Shown in pieces: positions 1-9,341 of a DNA stretch of 64,000 bases. The stretch is from Staphylococcus phage BSwM-KMM1. The stretch lies in sequence record OP902294.1, one strand, 5' to 3'. Both the position numbers and the translations under genes were made by a program. Under the pieces are notes generated by a model that saw only the letters and a program-made list of their open reading frames with translations, was not told the origin of the DNA and ran no database searches. Every line of letters begins with the position of its first letter. Within the stretch, counting starts at the first letter, position 1.

Positions 1-13
1 AAAAGAAAAGGAA

Positions 14-274
14 ATGATAAACATGAAAGAACAAATCAAACAATTTGAAAGAGAACTTGAAAGAGCAGTAAACAACTTATTCGTATTACATGATTGCGGA
101 GTATCACAACTAGAGATTGAAGAACAGAATCAAAAAGTTGTATACCTCAAAGCTATTGTAGAGAACATGAAAGCTTATGCAGAAGTTAGAGTTGAGCCAA
201 AGAGTGAAGAACAATTTTTCAAAGAGCTTGAAGAAGAACTTGAAGAAGAAGAAAAAATATTAAAAGGAATTTAA
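14..274 (+). CDS. hypothetical protein, last gene inside the terminal-repeat side of the boundary
   Basis: 86-aa ORF followed by hairpin plus T-run; lies left of the CCCAGGTACTTA repeat-boundary motif. Confidence 0.5.
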   Translation: MINMKEQIKQFERELERAVNNLFVLHDCGVSQLEIEEQNQKVVYLKAIVENMKAYAEVRVEPKSEEQFFKELEEELEEEEKILKGI

Positions 275-276
275 GA

Positions 277-306
277 GGAGGGCAAACGCCCTTCTTTATT
301 TTTATT
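277..306 (+). terminator. rho-independent terminator
   Basis: 7-bp stem GGAGGGC/GCCCTTC with 4-nt loop then TTTATTTTTATT. Confidence 0.5.
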
Positions 307-388
307 CTATTATATAATTTTTTATATTATACGGGGGCAGGGGTAAAATGCCACTCAATGGGGGTGGGTCTACACAGCTACCCCTCTA

Positions 389-400
389 CCCAGGTACTTA
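389..400. repeat. terminal-repeat boundary motif CCCAGGTACTTA
   Basis: exact 12-mer that flanks long terminal repeats in staphylococcal Twort-like phages, in a GC-rich island 330-400. Confidence 0.6.
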
Positions 401-435
401 TTTTTGGGGAAAATTATGAAAATAAATATTCTAAA

Positions 436-536
436 AGTCAACACCTCCTATAGTAAGTCAACATTACAACCCTACCCTATAAGTCAACAATTTATAATAT
501 AAATAGATAGCCCTTAAATATAAAGTCAACATATCT
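436..536. repeat. four direct copies of AAGTCAACA spaced 25-36 bp
   Basis: aaagtcaaca, taagtcaaca, taagtcaaca, aaagtcaaca read directly; minus-strand TTGACT boxes mostly lack good -10 elements. Confidence 0.5.
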
Positions 537-601
537 AAAATAAAAAAGTAGAGGGTATCCTCTACTCTTCTTTACTCCTCGTTACTCTTCATTACTCTAC
601 T

Positions 602-886
602 CTACCCTACTCTATCGTTTAAGTCTTGTTCTATAGTATTCATATGCTCCCATACCTCAATCCAGTCTACTCTTGAGTCATCATAGTAAAGGTGGTAGTC
701 CTGAGGGTTTTCTAAGTACTCTTCTAGTTCATCAAAGTATAATACTTCGAAAGCTGTATCGTCAAGTCCCATTTGAATCTTTAGTATATCCTTATACCCT
801 AATTGTTTATTACCGCAATAAGCTGTGTCCTCTAATCTCTTCTCTAGTTTATTAAATAGTGTTTGTACGCCTTGTAATTCATTCAT
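602..886 (-). CDS. hypothetical protein
   Basis: 94-aa ORF with RBS AGGAGGTAA upstream. Confidence 0.55.
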   Translation of the reverse strand: MNELQGVQTLFNKLEKRLEDTAYCGNKQLGYKDILKIQMGLDDTAFEVLYFDELEEYLENPQDYHLYYDDSRVDWIEVWEHMNTIEQDLNDRVG

Positions 887-985
887 AATGTATTACCTCC
901 TAATTGATTATATACTTAGTATAAAGGATAATAATTAGAATATCAATAGTTTTATGTAAAAAAGAGAAAGAATATTATTCTTCCT

Positions 986-1270
986 CTATTCTCTATAGTC
1001 ATCATATATTTCTAGGTAAGGTGAAAATGGTGAGTCACCTCTAGTATTGATAATAACTTCACCTTCATGTTTACTTATCTCTGTAAGCTCTTCTAGGCTA
1101 TTAATTTCTACACACCATCGTTCTAGTGTAAAGGGATTACCTTTTTGGTCTACAAGTTCTAGTTTCTTTATATAGGCACCCTCTATAGGCTTTTTATTAA
1201 TGGTGCTTGTTCTGTCTATAAAAATTCCATTAGTTTTCCTCCTTATATTCTTTATAACTTTTAATAACAA
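986..1270 (-). CDS. hypothetical protein
   Basis: 94-aa ORF. Confidence 0.5.
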   Translation of the reverse strand: MLLKVIKNIRRKTNGIFIDRTSTINKKPIEGAYIKKLELVDQKGNPFTLERWCVEINSLEELTEISKHEGEVIINTRGDSPFSPYLEIYDDYRE

Positions 1271-1712
1271 TCTTACAGATACCTCTATTAACAGCTAAAA
1301 ACAATAAAAATGATAACAGAGTTATAACTGCTCTAGTATCTCCTGTGAAAGGTAATACTTTAAATAGTAAAACACTTTCTAAAACACTTGTAGCTGTGAT
1401 AATTGTGAGATATAAGATAGATAATAAGTAATCCTTTAATTTTAGTTTAACAAAAGGTTTTTTATTATCTTGTGTTCTTGTTATACCGTATAGAATTATA
1501 AACCATTCTACAGTTACGAGCATAGTTATAAAGTAATTATTTATGTCTAATGCATATAAACCATAAATGATACCCGCAGGAATACCTATAATGAATGCTA
1601 AAAATACAGAGAATATAATTAGCATTATAGGAAGAGCTACAAGGAATCCTAAGCCTTGTTTTGAGTACTCTAATGTATTCTTTCCTAAGGATTTAAAGAA
1701 TGTTTTATTCAT
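1230..1712 (-). CDS. membrane protein (about 4 TM helices)
   Basis: 160 aa, hydrophobic segments, RBS GGAGGTAGC. Confidence 0.55.
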   Translation of the reverse strand: MNKTFFKSLGKNTLEYSKQGLGFLVALPIMLIIFSVFLAFIIGIPAGIIYGLYALDINNYFITMLVTVEWFIILYGITRTQDNKKPFVKLKLKDYLLSILYLTIITATSVLESVLLFKVLPFTGDTRAVITLLSFLLFLAVNRGICKIVIKSYKEYKEEN

Positions 1713-2002
1713 CTGCTACCTCCTTATTTAGTATGCTATCCTTTCCTGTAAATCATCTAAAACTTCATAATATAGTATCTCCCCAAAACTTAAGTTTTCA
1801 TTCTTATACTTTTCTTTTATATACTCATAGTATTCTTTAGAACTATTCATAAATAATTCTCCTTTTTAAAATTTAATAACTACTTCTATTTTTACTTTAG
1901 GCTCTTTCTTTTCTGATAGTTGTTTTGCAATTAAATCTTTATTTTTTAATTCTTCTTGTATTTGATATAAAGACTTCATTCCTATTCCCCTCTATATTCT
2001 CT

Positions 2003-2497
2003 TTATTTAAACCTATTATATACGCAATGGACTCGAACATCTTCCATTACTTTTCCTAACAAATTCTGACCTTTCCAGTTAATTTCATCTAATATCTCAG
2101 GGTCATTTGCTTTAAGCCCTACTCCCCATATTTTATCATAAGGTGATGCTTCTACGAAATCTTTACGTAAATCTGTATCTAGTATTTTTTGTTTTAAGTG
2201 TGTAGTCATAAATTTATCTTTAACCACTTCTACCATAATGTCATATCTCACCTTATTCCATTGCTCTTCATTAAAATTACGAACTTTACGACCTAGACTT
2301 TTAGCATGGTTCGGATTCTTAGCATTTAATATTTCTCCTGCTATTTGCCAGTCTTTAAAATATTGAGCTTTACGCCACATAAAGGCTTGTTCTGAGTTAT
2401 TAAATGTTCTTCCTTTGTGTTTAAACTTTATTGGGTAAAAGTTAGAATAGATATCTTCCTTACCCCAAAACATAATGTATTCTTTAGTCTCTCTCAT
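2003..2497 (-). CDS. NADAR (YbiA-like) ADP-ribose-processing domain protein
   Basis: motifs SNFYP, F.NSEQAFMWRKAQYF, AKSLGRKV, EQWNKVRYDIM and DKIWGVGL match the NADAR/DUF1768 fold. Confidence 0.7.
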   Translation of the reverse strand: MRETKEYIMFWGKEDIYSNFYPIKFKHKGRTFNNSEQAFMWRKAQYFKDWQIAGEILNAKNPNHAKSLGRKVRNFNEEQWNKVRYDIMVEVVKDKFMTTHLKQKILDTDLRKDFVEASPYDKIWGVGLKANDPEILDEINWKGQNLLGKVMEDVRVHCVYNRFK

Positions 2498-2645
2498 TTA
2501 TTCTTACCTCCTTATACATATTTATCTAAAGTACTAACCATTTTATTAAGTTGTTTTTGCTTCTCTATCTTTAATTGGTTTGATTTATCACATTCTTCTT
2601 TGTTTGATTCTCTGAACTCTCCTTTATACTCGATGTACTCATCTC

Positions 2646-2963
2646 TTAATTGAATAAGGGTTTTAAAAAATCATCATAAGTATTTGGTATACGTTTACTT
2701 ACATATCCCCTTAAATAACCTGCTAATAGACAAAGTTCAATATCATCATTACCATAACCTTCAAAAGAGTTGAGTTTAACAATAATTGTGAAAAAGTTTT
2801 CAAATTTAGGTGTTTTAAAATCAAAGTGTATAGTATGACCTTTACTATCCTTATCCTGACGATATGCAGGCTCTAAAGCTATAAAATTATCTTTATTAAG
2901 TTTATTTAATGTTTTTGTATCTTTGAATAATTCTAGTAATCTCCCTAAAGTTACTGTTTCCAT
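2646..2963 (-). CDS. hypothetical protein
   Basis: 105-aa ORF tightly packed upstream of NADAR. Confidence 0.5.
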   Translation of the reverse strand: METVTLGRLLELFKDTKTLNKLNKDNFIALEPAYRQDKDSKGHTIHFDFKTPKFENFFTIIVKLNSFEGYGNDDIELCLLAGYLRGYVSKRIPNTYDDFLKPLFN

Positions 2964-2965
2964 AC

Positions 2966-3676
2966 TTAATCCTCCTCCAATTTAATAAGTGGTAAATCTA
3001 TATCTCTAAATACAGCACCTACATCACATAGCAACATATCATTATGTTCTTCTACTTCTCCACTAATTGTAGGTGTGTGCCCGCATACGTGAATAAAACC
3101 ATCATTACGTGGTTGGAAATCTCTTGACCATATTAATTGGTCTTTGGTTTGGTTTTTAGCTTGTTTCCAACTAACCCCTCCTGAATGCGTAAACTCATAC
3201 TTACCTTGCTTATATATAGTAGCACAGTTATGCATTAGTATCTTAAACTTTCTATAGTCTTCAGACTCTTTGAATTCCTTAATTTCTGCAACGAATTTAT
3301 CGAAGTATTCTCTATAAAACTCATTTTGATTTAACTCAAAGCTCTTTAATGGTGTTGTGTCAATACCATATGACTCTAGTGTTTCTATACAGTATCTTGC
3401 AAACCATTCAACATTATATATGTCCAGTTTATCAATATTTTCTATACTATGCCAAAATGCATCATCATGGTTACCTAGTAATGGTATAATGTCATCATCG
3501 TTTGAGACTCTTTCAAAAACGTAATTAACTACCTCTCTAGATTTTTCACCTCTATCAATATAATCCCCTAAAAATACTATAACATCTCCAGGTTGTCTTT
3601 CCTTATCTATCTTATTCATAATTGTTATTAGTTTTTCATATTCTCCATGAATATCAGGTACTACATATATAGCCAT
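2966..3676 (-). CDS. Ser/Thr protein phosphatase (calcineurin-like metallophosphoesterase)
   Basis: motifs VVPDIHGEYEKL, GDYIDRG and GNHD; 236 aa. Confidence 0.8.
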   Translation of the reverse strand: MAIYVVPDIHGEYEKLITIMNKIDKERQPGDVIVFLGDYIDRGEKSREVVNYVFERVSNDDDIIPLLGNHDDAFWHSIENIDKLDIYNVEWFARYCIETLESYGIDTTPLKSFELNQNEFYREYFDKFVAEIKEFKESEDYRKFKILMHNCATIYKQGKYEFTHSGGVSWKQAKNQTKDQLIWSRDFQPRNDGFIHVCGHTPTISGEVEEHNDMLLCDVGAVFRDIDLPLIKLEED

Positions 3677-3697
3677 TTAATCTCCTCCTTATTGTAT

Positions 3698-3732
3698 ATA
3701 ACTATCTTACCATACTTATTTATAAATGTCAA
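3698..3732 (-). promoter_or_regulatory. sigma-A type promoter for the phosphatase operon
   Basis: minus strand TTGACA, 17 nt, TAAGAT, then RBS AAGGAGGAG. Confidence 0.4.
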
Positions 3733-3762
3733 CAAAAAACACCTATTAATTAAAATAGGTGT
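3733..3762 (-). terminator. rho-independent terminator ending the tRNA transcript
   Basis: CACCTATT/AATAGGTG hairpin followed by U-run on the minus strand. Confidence 0.5.
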
Positions 3763-4020
3763 AGAAAGAACTCCTATATACATTAGAGTTCTCTAAATAA
3801 TCATTATGTAACGTGTGCCTTGAACTCATAAACTCCGGCACTCCCTAAGTTTTGGGAATAGTTTTGTTTACTTGAGGACATAATATAGCATCTGTAGCCT
3901 TATGTATAACATACCGACTAACCTGTTACTGTGGCATGTGTAGGCTCTAGAAACCCTAGTTTTTATATCTTAACCTTTCATTAGATATATCAGGTACTTT
4001 TAATATGTAATTATAGATAA

Positions 4021-4093
4021 TACTGGAAGGATTTGAACCTACGCCACAAAGACCACTGTCTCCTGCTCTACCAAACTGAGCTACATGTATTAT
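4021..4093 (-). tRNA. tRNA-like gene, anticodon arm aberrant or unresolved
   Basis: D-arm GCTCAGTTTGGTAGAGC and T-loop GGTTCAAATCC on minus strand; acceptor and anticodon stems imperfect, possibly from homopolymer errors. Confidence 0.4.
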
Positions 4094-4105
4094 CTATTAA
4101 TTTCA

Positions 4106-4197
4106 GTGGGAAAGTTGGTATCGAACCAACATTTTATCTCGGTGCATACCCAAGACGTGTAGAGTATACCTCTCTACTGCCTACCTAAGGTTCCCCA
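4106..4197 (-). tRNA. tRNA-like gene with long variable region, possibly Tyr-GUA
   Basis: acceptor TGGGGAA/TTTCCCA and T-arm GTTGG-TTCGATA-CCAAC; about 92 nt with extra hairpin; loop AGGTATA. Confidence 0.35.
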
Positions 4198-4341
4198 CTA
4201 TGTATTAGCTCACACCTACGTAAGGCAATGAGCTTAGTTATTTAGATACTGGAGTTGGAAGGGTATTACCACTCAGAATTAGCAGTCAGATACAAAGCCT
4301 CTGCCGGGCAACATACGGTATCTCTCGTACATCACTATTAC

Positions 4342-4370
4342 AGTATACCACAAAGTATATTCCGTGTCAA
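4342..4370 (-). promoter_or_regulatory. consensus sigma-A promoter driving the tRNA cluster transcript
   Basis: minus strand TTGACA, 17 nt, TATACT; TTAACTTGACA...TGGTATACTGTA shared with promoter at 25039-25067. Confidence 0.6.
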
Positions 4371-4409
4371 GTTAATTTATCAATTTAATATATAAATTCT
4401 CCCTATATA

Positions 4410-4625
4410 TTACTCCTGAACACCGATAAGATTTTTAAGTTTGGCTATAACTTCCTCTTCTGTTTGGTAAGAAAAGACTCCTGTAATGTGTTCATAGTTA
4501 CCTACAATCTCATAATAACCTTCATAATAATCTACTAAATACGAGTTATTAAGTAAATTTAATCCTCCATCTCTATAACTAAAGTTAATGTTATAGTCCA
4601 TTAAAAACGCTACAATATTCTTCAT
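4410..4625 (-). CDS. hypothetical protein
   Basis: 71-aa ORF. Confidence 0.45.
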   Translation of the reverse strand: MKNIVAFLMDYNINFSYRDGGLNLLNNSYLVDYYEGYYEIVGNYEHITGVFSYQTEEEVIAKLKNLIGVQE

Positions 4626-4788
4626 TTATTTAACCCTCTTCCATTGTATTCTTTTGTCAGAAATTCTACTGTTCTATCTTTTAAAGATTCTTCAACTAAG
4701 TCCATAGCAATTTTGTAGTGTCTCATACTAGACTCATTTTCTTTTAATTTTTCTTTAACTTCACTAATAACTGGTTCAACTTTATTAA

Positions 4789-5370
4789 CTAGGTCGTCTC
4801 TTTTTCTATACTTACATTACTTCTCTTATTAGTTAAAACATCTACTGGCATATATTTTACTTTTGCAAAGTCTTTATAGCTGACCTGTAGATTATCTAAA
4901 TCATCTAATAATTCATTATAATAGTTTAAATGGTTATAGAACGTATAGAATTTAACTAAGTCTTTCCCTGTTAATTCTTGCTTTTTAAGAATACTATTTA
5001 TATTTCCCATTACTGAGTAAGCTAAAGTTTTAAAATTAGCTCTTACATAAGTCAGAAATATAAAATCATCATAAAATAAATCTAAAACTTCTTTATTGAA
5101 TCTAGTATTTTCAGCCTGCTCTAATTGAGCACACAAGTTTAGAACATTATCAAAACCACTTTTCAGTATTAGATTTATAAACCTCTCTACAGAATAGTAC
5201 CTTGACTCTTCTGTATGCTTACTAGACTTCTCACTATTACGGAAAATTGTGTCAGATAGGGGTTGAACTACTAAGCTCATATAATCCCTATCTGAGTGTT
5301 CATCTGCAGTACCTTGATAAGTACTGCCAAATTCTATTTTAGATAATAAAACACATTTTTCTAAATTCAT
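4789..5370 (-). CDS. hypothetical protein
   Basis: 193-aa ORF with RBS AAGGAGGTTAC. Confidence 0.55.
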   Translation of the reverse strand: MNLEKCVLLSKIEFGSTYQGTADEHSDRDYMSLVVQPLSDTIFRNSEKSSKHTEESRYYSVERFINLILKSGFDNVLNLCAQLEQAENTRFNKEVLDLFYDDFIFLTYVRANFKTLAYSVMGNINSILKKQELTGKDLVKFYTFYNHLNYYNELLDDLDNLQVSYKDFAKVKYMPVDVLTNKRSNVSIEKETT

Positions 5371-5506
5371 TAATGTAACCTCCTTTATTGTTAACTTAAT
5401 TATACCATATCAATATCGTCTTGTCTATACTTAATACACTCATATACTCTAAATAAAATAATTCCTAATACTACTAGTCCTAAAATATATTTCATATTAA
5501 CCCTCC

Positions 5507-5755
5507 TTAATATCCATGTTTAGTTACCCATCCTGCTAAACCATCCATAGCCATATCATATTCTTCTTCATTTATTATATTTATGATACTCTCAATCTCT
5601 TCTTTTGCCTGGGAAGATGATAGGAATGCAACATCTACATCATCTAAATCAGTATACTGTATATGTTCCTTGATAAATTCTCGTTGGTTAGGTGTTATAC
5701 TATTCACTCTAGAGTTTTCTTGGTTCAAAAATTGGTAAAAATCCATATTATTCAC
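5507..5755 (-). CDS. hypothetical acidic protein
   Basis: 82 aa. Confidence 0.5.
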   Translation of the reverse strand: MNNMDFYQFLNQENSRVNSITPNQREFIKEHIQYTDLDDVDVAFLSSSQAKEEIESIINIINEEEYDMAMDGLAGWVTKHGY

Positions 5756-6134
5756 CTTCTTTTAAACAGTCTGCCATGTCTTTTAATACGTTAAGTACAT
5801 ATTTTAAATCTCTGTAGTGGTCGTCAGAAGAATAAATAGTATAGTAAGGTACCATATCACTATAATGGGCACAATCAAAACCTAATACCCTGTAATCACC
5901 TTTATGTTCATCATACGTAATACCTCCATGGGAATGGTCTTCTATCTCATTAAACTGCTCCTCAGTTATATTAGTAGGTACATTAATATACCCATTCAAA
6001 TGTCCCATTTCAGGGTGACGTTTAACAGTTAATTTTATACCTTTATAATCTATATTTAAAGTTAAGCTCTCTCCTAATATATTATTCTCTTTCTCAATAG
6101 TTTTCATAACATGTTCCAGTGCTTTTTCAAACAT
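5748..6134 (-). CDS. hypothetical protein
   Basis: 128 aa, RBS AAAGGAGGAATTG. Confidence 0.55.
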   Translation of the reverse strand: MFEKALEHVMKTIEKENNILGESLTLNIDYKGIKLTVKRHPEMGHLNGYINVPTNITEEQFNEIEDHSHGGITYDEHKGDYRVLGFDCAHYSDMVPYYTIYSSDDHYRDLKYVLNVLKDMADCLKEGE

Positions 6135-6153
6135 AACAATTCCTCCTTTTTAC

Positions 6154-6182
6154 TTATACCCTTACTATACACTACTTTTTCT
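6154..6182 (-). promoter_or_regulatory. consensus sigma-A promoter
   Basis: minus strand TTGACA, 17 nt, TATAGT upstream of RBS of gene ending 6134. Confidence 0.6.
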
Positions 6183-6210
6183 ATTTTGTCAACAAAAAAG
6201 ACTACTAATT
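6183..6210 (-). terminator. rho-independent terminator
   Basis: AGACTACT/AGTAGTCT hairpin followed by U-run on the minus strand. Confidence 0.5.
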
Positions 6211-6229
6211 AAAGTAGTCTTAAAATTAA

Positions 6230-6403
6230 TTACTTGGCTTTATATTTCCATTGCCAGTAACCATTTTTCTGTGAGAATTCGAAGTGGAAACCATCATAGT
6301 CAAACTCAATGTCATAATCTCCGTCTTGAAGCGGTTTTGAATTTAGTACCGGACTATTACTTTTTGCTAACTCTGCTAGAAACTCATGATTTACCTTTTC
6401 CAT
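6230..6403 (-). CDS. small hypothetical protein (57 aa)
   Basis: ORF below the track threshold with RBS AGGAGGAATTAACC; product starts MEKVNHEFLAELAKS. Confidence 0.4.
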   Translation of the reverse strand: MEKVNHEFLAELAKSNSPVLNSKPLQDGDYDIEFDYDGFHFEFSQKNGYWQWKYKAK

Positions 6404-6443
6404 ATGGTTAATTCCTCCTAATTATTCTTACAGTATTAATATA

Positions 6444-6926
6444 TCACAGGTCTTTTTCTAGGTCAGTTTTAAAATTTTCTTCATAGGAACTTGCATAGGT
6501 AACCTCATATCCTACTATTTTATTACTTGTTATGTGTAATGTTTTGTATTCGTCTTTTACTTTTATATCCTCTGATTGTTCTAAGTTATTTAAAACTTCA
6601 TCTAGTATATCTGAAGAATAGTGTACATTAGTTACCTTTATTGTTTCTCCGTACGTGTATATATCAATTTCTTGTATCATCATTTCATCCTTTTGATTAT
6701 TCATTATTTGATTATAAGTTTCTAAATCATCAATGTTATCTGTATCTGAGCCTTTCACTAACCACTCTCCTCTCTTCTTAAGGAGGTCATCAAACTTCTC
6801 ATGCTCTTTAATTATCTTCTCTACTTCACTTGGTATTAAGACAGCCCTAGCATAGTTTATATGCCACATAGACATATTATCAATAAGATAATTAACCATT
6901 CTTATAAGTTCCTTTTCGTTTGCCAT
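6444..6926 (-). CDS. hypothetical protein
   Basis: 160 aa, RBS AAGGAGGTTGG. Confidence 0.55.
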   Translation of the reverse strand: MANEKELIRMVNYLIDNMSMWHINYARAVLIPSEVEKIIKEHEKFDDLLKKRGEWLVKGSDTDNIDDLETYNQIMNNQKDEMMIQEIDIYTYGETIKVTNVHYSSDILDEVLNNLEQSEDIKVKDEYKTLHITSNKIVGYEVTYASSYEENFKTDLEKDL

Positions 6927-6950
6927 ATACCAACCTCCTTATATATACTA

Positions 6951-7500
6951 CTAATATAAGAGAAAAGCAGACCTATTAAAGGTCTGCTTCTTCTTTAATC
7001 CTATTCTTCTATCTTTAGTGAAAGGTATAGATAATCTATCACCTGTTAATAGGGATAACTCTCTAGCCTTTTCTTTAGATAAAGTTACTAACCCATTATA
7101 ATTATCTACTTTAGCATTATATTGCTTTACTAAAAGTTCTATTTCATCTGCTATACATTCTAATTCTCCTGATTTACCTGCAAGTAATTTTCTGTACATT
7201 TCATAATCTTTAGAGAGGGTTTCTACTTTATCCTTCGATAAAGAATCATAAACAGCTTGTAAATTACCCTCTTCAATAAGTTTAAAGTTATGCTCACCTA
7301 CAATTAATTCTTCCTCCGAAGAATCTAATGTTACTAAACCACTAGTTGTATAATCTTCTGTAACGTTTATAACAACACCCTCAGTAACTTTCTCCCTAAT
7401 TCAATAGTTCCGTCTTCATTTTCTTTAAACTTACGAGCATCGTATACTTCTACTTTATCTCCTAGTCTTAAATCTTGAGTTAAATTGTGTTTACCGGTAA
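6951..7500 (-). CDS. hypothetical protein, two fragments joined across an apparent frameshift near 7395
   Basis: N-terminal piece MGRITGKHNL...IELGRK runs into ORF 6951-7199 after a -1 shift at an A-run. Confidence 0.4.
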
Positions 7501-7509
7501 TTCTACCCA

Positions 7510-8043
7510 TTAGGCATTCTCTCCTTTATTAATAGGGTCTTGTGTTAAAAACATTTCTAAATTATCTTTTGTAATAGGGAACCAAAAATACTGACTGTCC
7601 GGAGTTGAAACTGTGTAAAAGTCCTCTCCCTCATTTACTACAATATTTACTGGAATGAATTCATCTTGCATTAACCAATGAGTAACAACTATATCATAAG
7701 AACCATCCCCACTATAACTTAAGTCTAGTCCATGTTTATACGCTAAATCTTCTAAATATTCTAATAAATCGTTTTTCGTATCAAATTTCTCTACTACAGT
7801 ATTATCTTTAATAGGATTAATTAGCTCTGTACAAACGATACCATATAATTCTCCTTCTGTAACTTCATAATTATTTTCGATTAGTACATCTTGTAGCTTA
7901 TTAATAGAGTTTGTAACTACTTTTCCATATTCCTCTTCTGTAAATTTACATTTATCTAAATCAGCCTCTGTAATTAGTTCTGAAGTCCATTTATTTAAAA
8001 TTGATACCGCCATTGTTCTAGAAATAATATTATCATATAACAT
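7510..8043 (-). CDS. hypothetical protein
   Basis: 177 aa, RBS AAGGAGATTAAATA. Confidence 0.55.
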   Translation of the reverse strand: MLYDNIISRTMAVSILNKWTSELITEADLDKCKFTEEEYGKVVTNSINKLQDVLIENNYEVTEGELYGIVCTELINPIKDNTVVEKFDTKNDLLEYLEDLAYKHGLDLSYSGDGSYDIVVTHWLMQDEFIPVNIVVNEGEDFYTVSTPDSQYFWFPITKDNLEMFLTQDPINKGENA

Positions 8044-8236
8044 ATTTATTTAATCTCCTTGTTTAGGTGAATATGGTCTTCTAATGAGAAATCAAAAGGT
8101 GCTTCACCATTTCTTTTATTATTTTTTCTTTTTAAGTATAACACATGCTAGTGGAAAAGTCAAGACAGTTGTTATTAATATTATTGAAATTTTATTTAAC
8201 TTCTTCATAACTATTCTAACTCCTTAAGTTTATTCC

Positions 8237-8485
8237 TTACTTTATCTTTATCATACTTATAATCTTTTTCAGGTGTGTTTTTTCTTCTTCCTCATTAATC
8301 TCTCTATACTGAGCTTCTTCTACTTGTTGTTCTTCTTTACTATCTTCCTTATATTCCTTTACCTCTTGAACTTCCCCTTCGTTACTGGAACCTCCAACTT
8401 TTTTCCTAAAAAGAAACCAAAGTATCAATAGAATAACTAATAAAATGATGATACTTAGTACTACCGCCCAAATATTGTTAATCAT
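8237..8485 (-). CDS. small membrane protein with acidic C-terminus
   Basis: N-terminal TM helix IWAVVLSIIILLVILLILWFLF. Confidence 0.5.
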   Translation of the reverse strand: MINNIWAVVLSIIILLVILLILWFLFRKKVGGSSNEGEVQEVKEYKEDSKEEQQVEEAQYREINEEEEKTHLKKIISMIKIK

Positions 8486-9329
8486 TATAGTCTACCCCCA
8501 AATAATTTTTTTACTTCTCTTAAGTTTTCTGATGAATCATTGTTTATGTTAATTCCTGTACTTGAATCAAAGATTACAGCATTATCAAGTAAATGTTCTT
8601 TAAGTTTATTTTCATAACTATCTTTTCCGGTTACACTACCATAACCACCCTGTGTTAAATCAGTCATATCAGGTTCAACTTCTAATACTCTAAACGAAAT
8701 TCTACGTAAAAATGAAGGGTTTACTAAGTAAAACGATGATTTAAAAACATTTAATCTTTGATAAGAGTGTTTTATATTGACAACAAATCCAGTAAGTTTA
8801 TTACTACGACCTGAATTTGATAGTTTACCTAAGTACAAATTAATACTATAACCTTTTGTTTCCAACGTTTGTATGGCACTTAGAAGTATAGCACCTCTAT
8901 ACGCAAGATTCTCAGGGTCTTCCATCCAACTTATACTAGAATTATAGAATACATCAATAACTTTCTTCTCTGCTTTGACTCTCTGTTGAGACATCATAGA
9001 ATTAGGTAAACCTTTTATAGCATTAGGTACATGAGGTTGGTAGCCTTCAGGAGCTATAACTGGTTTTCTTTTACAGATGTATCCATTCTGAATAAGGCAT
9101 CTGTCATCTTTTTAAGTTTAACAACCATATCATATGACTCTCTATCTCCTTTAACCATTAAGTTATATGCTTCATTAAAGCTATGAGTACCTGTGAAGTC
9201 ATAGTTACCTGTATCTGATGAATTGTCTCTACCTGAAACTCTATTCTTTTTTAAAGCAGAAAAGAAATCAGGTAGACCATCATATTTAATTACATTTAAT
9301 TCTGAGTTATCTATTAATCGTCTACCCAT
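8485..9329 (-). CDS. hypothetical protein (about 280 aa) split by frameshift near 9000-9055; possible partner of the adjacent AAA ATPase
   Basis: ORFs 9054-9329 and 8485-8997 are collinear and abut; sits immediately downstream of the MoxR-like ATPase. Confidence 0.45.
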
Positions 9330-9341
9330 TGTTTTTTCCTC

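Noticed and set aside
673-855. 60-aa plus-strand ORF
   Set aside because: Antisense to minus-strand gene 602-886.
2417-2653. 78-aa plus-strand ORF
   Set aside because: Antisense to the NADAR gene and hydrophobic junk.
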